DNA of 64,000 nt from an uncultured Mollicutes bacterium (GCA_945936135.1 CAMESG010000001.1:194748-258747); one strand, 5' to 3'; positions 47,744 through 57,436 are shown, counted from the stretch's first letter. Notes: a model not told the origin generated them from the sequence alone. Made by a program: numbers and translations.

Positions 47744-48370
47744 TTAGTTCTTCGATCCCAGGCGGTGGGTCAAAACCGCGAGGGATGAGGCGAGGTTGAC
47801 GTCCTCGATCACGATCGATTCGGGGAGCTCTAGATGCACGGGGGCGAAATTCCAGATCGCCTTGACGCCGGCGCGGACCGCCCTTGAGGCGACTTCCTGC
47901 GCGACCGGGGAAGGGACGGTGAGGATCAAGACGCTCGCGTTGCTTTCGCGAAGCACCTCCTCCATCTTCTCCATCGGGTAGACGACCTTGCCCCCGATCT
48001 TGGCGTAGGCAAGACGAGGAGAGGAATCGACGGCGGCCGCGATCTCCAGCCCCATCTCCGAGAAGGCGGGGAAGTTGAGCAAGGCCCCGCCGAGGTGGCC
48101 CGCCCCCGCAAGGACGGCATTGATCGAAGAACGGTAGCCCAAAAAGGTCTCGAGGTCCTCGATCAATTGGGCGACTTCGCGCCCCTTTTTCGGACGTCCG
48201 GGGACAAGGGAGACGGCCTGGAGGTCTTTGCGGACCTGTTCCTCGCTATAGCCGAGCTTCATGGCGATCTGAGGGGAGGAGACGATGTCGACGCCTTCTT
48301 CCCTCAATTCCATGAAATATTTCAAATAGATGGGGTAACGTTCCAATTGATTCTGCGAATACTTCTTCAC
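47744..48370 (-). CDS. rex: redox-sensing transcriptional repressor Rex (GTG start)
   Basis: Winged-helix N-domain (PIYLKYF...ISSPQIAMKLGYSEEQVRKDL) and Rossmann GAGHLGGAL. The start codon is GTG at 48368-48370, preceded by AGAAAGGAAGG. It is the first gene of the hydrogenase operon. Confidence 0.85.
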   Translation of the reverse strand: MKKYSQNQLERYPIYLKYFMELREEGVDIVSSPQIAMKLGYSEEQVRKDLQAVSLVPGRPKKGREVAQLIEDLETFLGYRSSINAVLAGAGHLGGALLNFPAFSEMGLEIAAAVDSSPRLAYAKIGGKVVYPMEKMEEVLRESNASVLILTVPSPVAQEVASRAVRAGVKAIWNFAPVHLELPESIVIEDVNLASSLAVLTHRLGSKN

Positions 48371-48478
48371 AAGAGCCTTCCTTTCTTTTCTCCGATCGCG
48401 ATGATCAAATCCGTTTCTTGATCGCGGAAAACCGATCGACAGATTGATGATAAAAGGCGGTTAAAGAGATGACAAGAA

Positions 48479-48506
48479 AAATCGATATTTAATTATCGAA
48501 TATCGA
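48479..48506. promoter_or_regulatory. palindromic AT-rich element ATCGATATTTAATTATCGAATATCGA upstream of rex
   Basis: ATCGATATT and AATATCGA form inverted arms. The 16-mer AATTATCGAATATCGA recurs exactly at 52552-52567. Confidence 0.35.
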
Positions 48507-49010
48507 GGGGCAACGAAGATAGGCGAAATAAGACCCGGCATGTTCGCCCTTCTTTCTTGCAAACGAAGGCGTGAACCATGCTGTTTCTTTCCCGACATAC
48601 CGATATTATCATATTCGCCGAGCGTAATCTACCCGAAAATGTAAGGGCTTTCATCGAAGGCGGTTTTCTCGCCGGTTGCCCTTAAATGGCGCTTTTTTAC
48701 TATTGAGTTCCGTTGGCGGTGATGCGTCAGCGCCACGCCAAAAACACCGTCTTCGCGGAATTCACCTCCAAACGGCCCACGCCATACCCCGAGCCGATTC
48801 TCCCCCTGGAGGAAAAGGGGGTCCAGTTCCTCTTTTGTGTTTCTTGAAGGCGATCTTGCAGGCCATTTACACCTCGAAAAAAGGGGACGAAATCGTTCCG
48901 ACCCATCGCGAAGAGGAAGGCAAAGAAATCGCGATTGGTCTCAATTGAACGACGGGTTCGGAGTTGGCGGTCATTGAATTACGCAAGCCGTTTGCAACTC
49001 TCTATCGCTG

Positions 49011-50396
49011 TCATTTAATGCAAAAGGCGGCGTATAAAGGAATTGATTTTATTCCGTTTTCAAATCCGAAATTTTTTTGGGATATTCTGATGGCATATTT
49101 TGGATGATATGTTTTTGCATAGCTTTCCAAACTTCTTGAACGAGTGTTTACGCCGGATTTAACTTCTATTGGAATAACGTTTGCGCCAAGTCTTGTAATG
49201 AAGTCTACCTCGGCATCCGATTTGCTTGTCCAGTAATAGGCTTTCAACCCATTTGCGATAAGCTGGTTGTTTATGTAGTTTTCCGCCAATCCGCCCCTGA
49301 ACTCAAAATCATTAGATTCCATTTCTATATCTTCCATGCGGACATCCTGAGAAGCGCCACACAAACCAACGTCGCCCATGAAAAATTTGAAATCGCTTGT
49401 CGATTTATTGCTTTCAAGCGGAAAAGAAACTTGCTCAAGCCGAAATAACTGACTGGATATTCCTGCGTTGCAAATCCATCGGATTGCTTCTTCATACAAA
49501 GACGCTCTTGCGCCAGTTTTCAATAACTTGTATTGGAACTTTTTGTTTTCCTTTGAAAGCTGTGTAGAAATGTTTTCGAATACAAGCTTCGTTTTTGGTA
49601 TTTCCGTTGCTTTATTGTACTTGCCCATATCATTGAAATATGCTTCGAGAATTTCCTTTTGAATGATACGAACGATCTCTACATTTTTTGTTTCCGCGTA
49701 TTCTTTGACGGCTTCTGGCATTCCGCCAACATACAGATATTGCTTATATAAATCTATTGCCATATCGTGTATCGGAGTCGGCAACGCCACGTTCGAATCA
49801 TATGCTTCTTTTATTTCTTGAATCAAATCAATGTATTTTTCCTTTTGAGCGAGCAAAAACTCTTCGAAATCCATGGGATACATGGTAATCATATCCACCT
49901 TGCCCACGGGGAATGAACTATCCCCTCTATTCACGGAAACGCCAAGCAGTGACCCTGATGCAATGATATGGTATTCATTTGCTTCTTCGTTGAAATACTT
50001 TAAAGAAGTGAGCGCTTGGGGACAGGCTTGTACCTCATCGAAAATAATCAGCGTATGGTTTGGGATAATCTCTTTCCTTTTATATAGGCTGAGCTGCTTA
50101 ACGATTCTTCGGGGATCAAGACTTGTAAAAAAGTCCTTCAACGCTTCCTCTTTTTCAAAGTTGCAATATACATAATTGGAGTATTCTTTTTGTGCAAACA
50201 GATTTACGGTATAGGTTTTTCCAACTTGCCTTGCCCCCTGCAATACTAGCGGCTTTCTTCTCGTTGAGTTTTTCCACTTCTGCAAATCTGCATAAATTTT
50301 TCTATACACAGGTTGTACTCCTTTTCTAACTTTAGACGAATCATACCATACTTCAGCATAAAATTGAATAATATTTACATTATTTTGGAGATACAT
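49011..50396 (-). CDS. AAA+ ATPase (AAA_14-like) / DUF4143-like family protein, in AT-rich island
   Basis: ...PLVLQGARQVGKTYTVNLFAQ (Walker A)...LIIFDEVQ (Walker B)...ASGS... A DUF4143-like C-terminus follows. Local GC is markedly lower than the flanks. The start is uncertain: ATG at 50396 or GTG at 50453. Confidence 0.7.
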   Translation of the reverse strand: MYLQNNVNIIQFYAEVWYDSSKVRKGVQPVYRKIYADLQKWKNSTRRKPLVLQGARQVGKTYTVNLFAQKEYSNYVYCNFEKEEALKDFFTSLDPRRIVKQLSLYKRKEIIPNHTLIIFDEVQACPQALTSLKYFNEEANEYHIIASGSLLGVSVNRGDSSFPVGKVDMITMYPMDFEEFLLAQKEKYIDLIQEIKEAYDSNVALPTPIHDMAIDLYKQYLYVGGMPEAVKEYAETKNVEIVRIIQKEILEAYFNDMGKYNKATEIPKTKLVFENISTQLSKENKKFQYKLLKTGARASLYEEAIRWICNAGISSQLFRLEQVSFPLESNKSTSDFKFFMGDVGLCGASQDVRMEDIEMESNDFEFRGGLAENYINNQLIANGLKAYYWTSKSDAEVDFITRLGANVIPIEVKSGVNTRSRSLESYAKTYHPKYAIRISQKNFGFENGIKSIPLYAAFCIK

Positions 50397-50461
50397 TTTG
50401 TGCAATATTACACTTTTTTGGAGATAAGGCACTTTATCTCGACTTTTCCGCACTCTGTTAC

Positions 50462-50919
50462 TCAGAGGTCGTTCATGTCAATGATCGATAAAATAGCAAT
50501 TATTTGGCAATTCGGCTCGTATATCGACCCTACGGCCAGGCGCATTTCCTCATCGCTCATGCCGGAGGAATAAAGTTTGAGAATCGTCGGAATTCCTCCC
50601 CGAGATCGCATTTCCCGTAGCCGAGGAGCGCTTTCATCTAGGTCCAGAGAAAGGACTCCACCGCCTCTTTCGCGGCCTTCAGCGGTTCGCCTTTGGCTAC
50701 CGCTTCCTTCAATAATTTCGCAAAATTGTCCATGCAAGGCTTCTTCCGGATTTTTCGGCAAACCAATCTTACTAGGAATCCTGCTTTTTCGCGGGCCGGC
50801 GCGATCCCCAAGGGTTCGAGGACATTCTGCCCTGTCGATCTTTGCGCAATATTTCGAACATTCCGGACAAATAGGAAAATTTCCTTTGTGTCAAAAAAGT
50901 CCTGATAACGATGCATCAA
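50462..50919 (-). pseudogene. decayed ORF fragments in two frames (possible IS/transposase remnant)
   Basis: The 93-aa and 99-aa ORFs are contiguous but frame-shifted (…NFAKLLKEAVAKGEPLKAAKEAVESFLWT / LDLDESAPRLREMRSRGGIPTILKLYSSGMSDEEMRLAVG…). No start context is visible. Confidence 0.25.
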
Positions 50920-51503
50920 GACTGGTCATTCAATATGGTGAAGCAAAGGGGCTGCGAAACCCAATTCAACAGTTGCGAGCAGTACCACACCTCGCCCGGT
51001 TTTTCGGCGACGAGGATGTTCCCCTCGAAATGGGCGATCGATGGATCGGTCAAAAGGATGGGCACGATATATTCCCTTAGGTAAAAGTATGGGACATCGT
51101 AAACATAAGGCTTGAACTCCAAGCGATCGCCGACATGGCCTTCATAGATCCCATTCTTAGGATAAAAACCGAAGGATTGGGGCTCTACCTTCGGGTCCAA
51201 GACATGGACCTCGATCGAATCCGAGACTTCGCCGACGAAGGCGGTGACTTTGGTGGATCCGCGCTTCAATCCAACGCAGCACCCTCGCGGTGTCACTTCG
51301 ACATATTCCGGGTTCTCGACTTCGAATTGAATCTTTCCTTCGAGGTTCTCCGTGTAACAGCGAAGCCAGCTGCTTTGTTCCACGAGAACGAACATCGGGC
51401 CAGGATTGACGATCCGCAACGAAGGTGCGGGTTTTGCCGCGCAGGAAGAAACTCCCAAACACATCCCGAGGATGGGAAGAGGGAACAAGATGCGTCGATT
51501 CAT
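50916..51503 (-). CDS. small Ig-like (Big_2-like) lipoprotein, family member 1
   Basis: MNRRILFPLPILGMCLGVSSCAAKP is a lipobox. The C-terminus ...LTDPSIAHFEGNILVAEKPGEV... has a Big_2-like pattern. It is paralogous to 52582-53157 and 53179-53778. Confidence 0.6.
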   Translation of the reverse strand: MNRRILFPLPILGMCLGVSSCAAKPAPSLRIVNPGPMFVLVEQSSWLRCYTENLEGKIQFEVENPEYVEVTPRGCCVGLKRGSTKVTAFVGEVSDSIEVHVLDPKVEPQSFGFYPKNGIYEGHVGDRLEFKPYVYDVPYFYLREYIVPILLTDPSIAHFEGNILVAEKPGEVWYCSQLLNWVSQPLCFTILNDQS

Positions 51504-51722
51504 AACATTTCTCCTTTCTAGGGTCTTAGGACCCATGAGAGCGAATGGAAATCGTATTCGAAGTTGCTTTTGGTCTTCGTCGCCCTCGTGATGATTTTGA
51601 AATCCGTGTACGGGGTTTCGTTCTGAAATTCCAAGAAAGAGAAATTTCCATAGGATTGATAAGATCCGTAGGTGACCCCATTCGCCTGAAGTTCAATGGA
51701 TGGCTCAAGAAAGCTAAATTGA

Positions 51723-52505
51723 TCAGGCGTATACGATGGTTGTGCACGAAAAAGCGAAGTAGAACAGGCGAAAATGGTCGAATGGGGTTGAATCGAAACC
51801 GTTGTCGGTCTGGATCTCTTCGGGCCAATGGCCGAACTTCTTCCTCGCAATCTTCAGAGCACTGACGGTTTTGTACATCGGCTGCTCGTTCGTGAAGTAA
51901 AGAACCCTCTTCCGGGTGCATTCCTCCAGGATGGTGTACTGGTAGAAACGGCCCTCCAGCTGAGGAGCCGTGCAGCTTTTCGCCACGTATTTGACGTCGA
52001 CTTGCCATTTTACGTGGATCCGATCCGGGGCGTGATACGGCTTGTCGTGCGCCTTCTTGGCGGGGACGTAGGGTTTGAAATCTGCGGATTTGAGGATGCG
52101 GAGGACGGTGGACGGCGAGATCTCGACCCCGTCGTGCCGAAGCCTGGCCCAGATCTCGACGAACGAGGCGTCGGGATTGCGGCGCCGAAGCCTTTTTATC
52201 CGTTCCGCGACCTCGGCCTTGGTTTTCCTCGGATGGTCGGATTTGGGGCGGTGCGAGCGGTCGAGCAGGCTTTCCATCGCCCCGTCGAACCTCTTCAACC
52301 AGCGGTAAAGGGAGGCTTTCTTGACGCGGTACATCCCGAGGACCTTCCGAAGGGACCGCCCCGATTCGGTCATCCGGAGGCAGGCGTGGTATTTCGCGCC
52401 CAGATCGACGGGAAGGTAGTTCCTTCCCTCTTGCGGTATCATTGCCATGGGCACTTCCAATGAATGTTTGGTCACACTCATTATAGATAAGATGCCCTTT
52501 TTCAC
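51723..52505 (-). mobile_element. IS-type DDE transposase, 3'-truncated (IS481/IS3-like integrase core)
   Basis: N-terminal HTH ...GRSLRKVLGMYRVKKASLYRWLKRFDG, then an rve core ...WQVDVKYV...IQTDNGFD. The ORF stops right after the second Asp of the DDE triad, and no downstream E-containing segment exists in any frame. Confidence 0.6.
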
Positions 52506-52545
52506 CCTTGGTTTTGTCTCACATCATTTGAAACTGTACAATTCA

Positions 52546-52570
52546 TTATCGAATTATCGAATATCGATGG
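52546..52570. repeat. TTATCGAA TTATCGAA TATCGAT motif (second copy of the 48491-48506 16-mer)
   Basis: Exact 16-bp match AATTATCGAATATCGA in the same orientation, about 45 bp upstream of the transposase fragment. Confidence 0.5.
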
Positions 52571-52581
52571 CCCTTTCGCCC

Positions 52582-53157
52582 TTACCCCAAAATCGTCAAG
52601 GATTGGAAATCGGAAACGAGATTGAGCAGCTTCGCCGCGAAAACGGCTTCCCCCGGCGACTTGGCGACCAAGGTCGTCCCTTCGAAAGAGGCAATCGATG
52701 GATCGCTTACAAGGACCGGGGCCATCTCGGTGCAAAGGTATCGCCATTCCTGCGTTTCGATATAAGGGGAAAGATCGACGCGATCCCCGACTCGGCAAGT
52801 GGCCTTCTTTGGAACCATCCCCCAATCCCCGAAATCCATGTTCGGGTCGATGACCTGCACGGCCACGCTGTCGGATATCTCGCCAATCGACGCGACGACC
52901 CTCGTCGTTCCCGCCTTTTCCCCGGTCAAGAATCCGTACTTATTGACGATGGCATAGGGGGCGCCCTCGATCCGATATTCGATTTCGCCTTCGTAGCCTT
53001 CCGTCAAAACCTGCACTTGTTGGTCGCCCTTTGTAAGCATAACGATCGGGTCCGCGTTGATGATGCGGATGCTGGGCTTCGTGCCGCACGAAGAAAGGGA
53101 CGCGCACAAGCCAAGAAGCCCAAACGCTGCCGAAGGCACGAGGTGTTTTCTCTTCAT
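52582..53157 (-). CDS. small Ig-like lipoprotein, family member 2
   Basis: MKRKHLVPSAAFGLLGLCASLSSCGTKP is a lipobox. ...VSDPSIASFEGTTLVAKSPGEAVF... is shared with the other members. Confidence 0.6.
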   Translation of the reverse strand: MKRKHLVPSAAFGLLGLCASLSSCGTKPSIRIINADPIVMLTKGDQQVQVLTEGYEGEIEYRIEGAPYAIVNKYGFLTGEKAGTTRVVASIGEISDSVAVQVIDPNMDFGDWGMVPKKATCRVGDRVDLSPYIETQEWRYLCTEMAPVLVSDPSIASFEGTTLVAKSPGEAVFAAKLLNLVSDFQSLTILG

Positions 53158-53178
53158 CGTCGATTTCCTTTCATCTTG

Positions 53179-53778
53179 TCAAAGCGCGGGCAGAACCGTG
53201 AGCGTCTGAATGTCGGAGACATGGCCCCAAAGTTTCCCCGCGAAGCGCACCTCCCCCGGCGCCTTCGCGACCAAGGTTCTATACTCCAAAGAGGCGACCG
53301 AAGGATCGCTAAAAAGAATCGGCTCAATGTACTCGGTCAGGTATCGCCAGCGAACCTCTCCGATGATCGGAATCAACGGTATTCTTTCCCCGACGCGGCA
53401 AACCTTCCGCAGGGCAAAAAGCCCCCAGCCTTCGGCATACGGGCTCATATTTTGATCCAGGACGTGGATGGTGGCGAAATCCCAGGCATCCTCGCTATAA
53501 ACCACAAGCTCCGCAACGCCTGCCTTCCTGCCCACGATCCAGTAATCTTCGATGAAAACGGCTTGTGAGCTGCAATAATAAGAATGATATATTGGCCCCT
53601 CGACGTTTTCCGCCCAATACTGCAGTTTCACCTTTTGCCCCACGGCCACCGTGATCAAATCGCCGTTCACGATCGTTATCGAAGGCTTCCTTTCCGCGGG
53701 TTTTGAGCAGGAAGCGAGCGAAAGGCAAAGCCCGGTCAAAGCGTAGAAAGCGAAGGGAAGAATGATTTTTTTACGCAT
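53179..53778 (-). CDS. small Ig-like lipoprotein, family member 3
   Basis: MRKKIILPFAFYALTGLCLSLASCSKP is a lipobox. ...FSDPSVASLEYRTLVAKAPGEVRF... is shared with the other members. Confidence 0.6.
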   Translation of the reverse strand: MRKKIILPFAFYALTGLCLSLASCSKPAERKPSITIVNGDLITVAVGQKVKLQYWAENVEGPIYHSYYCSSQAVFIEDYWIVGRKAGVAELVVYSEDAWDFATIHVLDQNMSPYAEGWGLFALRKVCRVGERIPLIPIIGEVRWRYLTEYIEPILFSDPSVASLEYRTLVAKAPGEVRFAGKLWGHVSDIQTLTVLPAL

Positions 53779-54157
53779 AAAGGTTCCTTTCCATCATCAA
53801 GTTCTAACCGTCCAGGCGAGCGAATAGAAACTGCAGGCCTTGGCGCAGCATAGGCACGAAAAATGCGCGGACGCGAGCAAGAAAGCGAAAAGCCCGCTAG
53901 AGGAATGGGCGGGCGACTCGGCAATCTAGGGTCATAAGCGTTGTTCCTTGTTGCCCTTATTCCGCCATACCAAGTGAGGTGAGGAAACGGAGAAGCAAAA
54001 CGTCCCGGAAGGTTTGAACCGCTTCCGTAAGCGGACAGGCGAAGAAAACCGCTTCAGCCTTTCTCTCCGCCCGTAACCCCTGAGACCACTTCATCAAGGG
54101 GTTACAAACGAAAAGCGGCCCTGTTCTCAAGGACCGCCATTCGAATGGAATTGGAGA

Positions 54158-54922
54158 TTATTTGATGTCCCTCTTCCGGACGGTCAGCCATCCTAGCAAG
54201 GGCATCGTCGGCAAGGTCGCGAAGATCGTCACGAGGTTGATCCACCAACCGTTTTCGTTTTTCAAGGCGTTCTCGCCAAAGAGGACCCAGGAGAATTGCG
54301 TTGCCGCCACAGTCAAGGGTTCTTCCGCGAACGCCTGGATCGGCAAATCGATGAGGAAGAGAAGGATGAAGGGAGCAAGGCTTGGGATCAGCAAGCCCAA
54401 AAGCACAGCCCAAACCGCGAGATTGAAGGAAAAAGACATCCATAAATCGAAGGCGATGATGCAGATGCAGCCTAGAAAGGCCCAGACAAAATAGGTCCCG
54501 AATTCCTTATCGATCTCCCAATGCCCCTCCAAGGCGCCCGCGAGGACATAGACGAACATGGACCCGACGGTGATGAAGATCAGGGAAGTGATCGTCCCCA
54601 CGATCCATTTGGCCCAGTAGACCTGCGACTTGCTATAGCCGCGTCCGACGATGTTCTTGATCACGCCGTTGCGGTAATCTTCCCCGATAAAGAAGGGCAG
54701 GAAGATCGCAAGGTAGAAGGTCAACTCATTAAAGCCATAAGAAGACAAGGCGACATCCGCGAAGATCGGATCCGCGTATTCAGGATAGACCACGTTCCCA
54801 ACGTGGGTTGCGACCAACGAGATCGAAGGAGCAAGCAAGGCGATCCCAAAGAGGACCCACAGGATCTTGGACGTCAAGATCTTGCGGAATTCGTAACGAA
54901 GCAAGCGATCCATCTCAATCAC
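54158..54922 (-). CDS. ABC-2 type transporter permease
   Basis: 254 aa with 6 TM segments, immediately downstream of and overlapping the ATPase gene. Confidence 0.7.
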   Translation of the reverse strand: MIEMDRLLRYEFRKILTSKILWVLFGIALLAPSISLVATHVGNVVYPEYADPIFADVALSSYGFNELTFYLAIFLPFFIGEDYRNGVIKNIVGRGYSKSQVYWAKWIVGTITSLIFITVGSMFVYVLAGALEGHWEIDKEFGTYFVWAFLGCICIIAFDLWMSFSFNLAVWAVLLGLLIPSLAPFILLFLIDLPIQAFAEEPLTVAATQFSWVLFGENALKNENGWWINLVTIFATLPTMPLLGWLTVRKRDIK

Positions 54923-55826
54923 CCATCCTTTCGATGAAGAAGTCTTCTAAGCTCTGCCCGTTCTCCGGGTGGACGGATAAGACTTCGATCCCCGCTTTCG
55001 CGAGGCAATCGATGACCGCCGAGACCTGGATTCCCTTGGTTTTCAGCAAGACGCCCTTTTGATCCATCGAATCGCCTTGGACGAAATAGCCCGCTGCTTT
55101 CAAAGCTTCTTTCGCTTCATAGGGGTTCTTGACCTCGACCCTCGTCGCCATCTCGACGGAGCGTTCGAAGTCTTCGACGCGCACTTCTTCCATCAACCGT
55201 CCATCCTTGATCACCCCGAAGACGGTCGCGATCTTCGCGAGTTCGTCGATGATGTGGCTGGAGATCAGGATGCTGACGCCCTTCTCGTGGGCCACGCGCA
55301 TAAGCAATTCGCGCAGCTCCTTGATCCCCGCGGGATCCAAGGCGTTCATCGGCTCGTCCAAGACCAAGAGGTAGGGATCCCCCAATAAGGCGATCGCGAC
55401 CCCAAGGCGCTGCTTCATACCCAAGGAGAAGGCCTTGACCTTCTTCTTTTTGACCTCGCCTAGCCCAACGAAGGAGAGCAATTCATCGATCGTTTGATCG
55501 TTGTCTCCCGTGAGAATGGCCATCCGCTTCATGTTCTCTTTCGCGGTGCCCTGCAAGAATAATCCCGGGGCTTCAATCAAACTCCCGATCCTTTTTCTTG
55601 CTTTCTTGGGGTCGACGTCCGCCCCATATTCGGTCCCATAGGTCACGGAGCCGGAGGTCGGTTCCAATAACCCTAAGACGATTTTCATGAGGGTCGTCTT
55701 GCCTGCCCCGTTTTTGCCGATGAAGCCATAGATGTCGCCTTTGCATAGATGCAAATCAACATCCAAAAGCGCCACGTTTTTCCCGAAGCGCTTCGTCAGA
55801 TGGCTCGTTTGGAGGATGTATTCCAT
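54915..55826 (-). CDS. ABC transporter ATP-binding protein (ABC-2 exporter type)
   Basis: GKNGAGKTT (Walker A), LSLGMKQRLGVA (signature), LLVLDEPMNALD (Walker B), H-loop SSHII. Starts at MEYILQ. Confidence 0.85.
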   Translation of the reverse strand: MEYILQTSHLTKRFGKNVALLDVDLHLCKGDIYGFIGKNGAGKTTLMKIVLGLLEPTSGSVTYGTEYGADVDPKKARKRIGSLIEAPGLFLQGTAKENMKRMAILTGDNDQTIDELLSFVGLGEVKKKKVKAFSLGMKQRLGVAIALLGDPYLLVLDEPMNALDPAGIKELRELLMRVAHEKGVSILISSHIIDELAKIATVFGVIKDGRLMEEVRVEDFERSVEMATRVEVKNPYEAKEALKAAGYFVQGDSMDQKGVLLKTKGIQVSAVIDCLAKAGIEVLSVHPENGQSLEDFFIERMGD

Positions 55827-55995
55827 GGAGGTTGTCCTCGCTTTCCTGCCCAACATTATGAAGGCGCAGCCCCTACCCGTCTAGAAAAAATCGTCGCGCG
55901 AAATCAAGAAATCGGTAAGGGAAGACTGATAATAAAGAAACGATGGGCTTTTTTTGCTTTACAAAAAAAATCCATAAGGTATCTTATGGAACGTT

Positions 55996-57387
55996 ATGAA
56001 ATTCCAAACACCGAAACTATTGTTACTCTCCGTGGCCTTATTGGCCTCCTGCCAAGGCGGAAGCGAAGGATCAAGCAGCGTTGATCCCGGCGCCTCCGAC
56101 GTTTCTTCTTCGACCTCGAACGTTGAAATCGACGCTTCTTCTCCCGCGGCCTTGATCAAGTCCCTCGGGGAAGTCAAGAACTACACCGTCCAGGTCGATC
56201 TCTACACGACGAACAACAACCGCCTCTATAGCACCCATAAGGTCTACTTCCAAGAGACCTCCTATCGCTTAGAAACCGAAACCTACGGGATCGGTTACAT
56301 CGAATCCAAGGATGGGGTCTATCCGATCTCCACGACGGGTAACGTTGTCCGTCCCGGCGAAATCATCGAAGACGATAACGGAGTCACTTCCTTCGACCTT
56401 TGGAACGATGGCTACTTCGAATCATTCGCAGACTTCGCCCCTTCTTTCTTAGAAGGACACAACGAAGAACTCTTCGAGGTCAAGGACAAGAAAGGGCGCC
56501 TTGCCCTCCTTGATATGGCGGATCTCGATGCCAAGAACTACCCTTCTCTTCGCGAAGTCCAGGCGACGATATCCGAGGGCAGCCTTGGAATCTCTGCCTA
56601 CATCCTGATGGATGGACGCAACTACACGATCAAATGGAACGTCCTCGACATCCTCTCGACGAACGATGAAGTCGTCAATAACTATCTTGAGGATGGTGGC
56701 ACCTCCTATCAACCCGATGGGGCGCTATCGAAAGCCAAGGAACTCTTCAAAGGCAGGAACTTCACCCACCTCTACGAGAATGAAGCAGGCGACGTGATCG
56801 CCTATGAGCGTTTCCATCCAGACTACTACTTCTTAACCTGCGGGAACCAAGGCTTCCAAAACGGCCTCATCCCGAGCGGCATGGTCGGCTTAAGCCACAA
56901 GAAGAGCCCGACGACGGGAAAGGAATTAAATGGCTGCTACAGCGTCTCTCCTAGCGCCGCGAGCGATGGCGAGGTCATCACCGCGATTAAGGTCAACGAA
57001 GCCTTCGCCTACAATAGTTCGACGAGCGACGTCTCGGTTGCCTATAACTATCCGAACAGCTTGATGCTCTGGGATAGCCTGGAGTTCGTCAACGAAAAAG
57101 GCACGCCCCTCCATGAGGATTATGAGAGTTGCTTCGAAACGAGCAACCTCGCCCTCGTCTATGACTTCGTCAATAACGTGGGCGCAGGAGCCGTCTTCGA
57201 AAATGCAGGCCTTACCCCGGTTGCCCTCGACCTCGAAACGAAGAACATCGAGAGCGACGGCGACGAGGAAGTCCTCTTCACGATCATCGCGAATTCCGGT
57301 CAAGGCATGGAATTCCGCTTCGTGGACTTCGGCACCACCGAGGTCCCCTTGATGGATCAGTGGCTTGAAAGCCTCGAAGACTTCTGA
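55996..57387 (+). CDS. surface lipoprotein, function unknown
   Basis: MKFQTPKLLLLSVALLASCQGGS is a lipobox, followed by a Ser-rich linker. 463 aa. Confidence 0.6.
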   Translation: MKFQTPKLLLLSVALLASCQGGSEGSSSVDPGASDVSSSTSNVEIDASSPAALIKSLGEVKNYTVQVDLYTTNNNRLYSTHKVYFQETSYRLETETYGIGYIESKDGVYPISTTGNVVRPGEIIEDDNGVTSFDLWNDGYFESFADFAPSFLEGHNEELFEVKDKKGRLALLDMADLDAKNYPSLREVQATISEGSLGISAYILMDGRNYTIKWNVLDILSTNDEVVNNYLEDGGTSYQPDGALSKAKELFKGRNFTHLYENEAGDVIAYERFHPDYYFLTCGNQGFQNGLIPSGMVGLSHKKSPTTGKELNGCYSVSPSAASDGEVITAIKVNEAFAYNSSTSDVSVAYNYPNSLMLWDSLEFVNEKGTPLHEDYESCFETSNLALVYDFVNNVGAGAVFENAGLTPVALDLETKNIESDGDEEVLFTIIANSGQGMEFRFVDFGTTEVPLMDQWLESLEDF

Positions 57388-57403
57388 TCCCCCACCAACG
57401 ACT

Positions 57404-57436
57404 GGCCGTTTTCTTCCTTGAAAGCGGCCTTTTCTT
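57404..57436 (+). terminator. rho-independent terminator
   Basis: GGCCG...CGGCC hairpin followed by TTTTCTT. Confidence 0.5.

Noticed and set aside
48355-48372. Possible Rex operator GCGAATACTTCTTCACAA overlapping the rex start codon
   Set aside because: Only the right half-site matches the TTGTGAA-N4-TTCACAA consensus, and the left half has 5 of 7 mismatches. It was not called as a feature.
48676-48948. 90-aa plus-strand ORF between rex and the first ATPase island
   Set aside because: No start context, no motifs, and the composition looks non-coding. It is more likely promoter or spacer DNA.
53779-54157. 380-bp intergenic region with several hairpins, considered as a possible small RNA or riboswitch
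   Set aside because: The hairpins are adequately explained as the terminator of the ABC-2 permease gene (GGCGGTCC...GGCCGC plus a T-tract) and the promoter/leader of lipoprotein gene 53179-53778. No recognisable riboswitch consensus was found.
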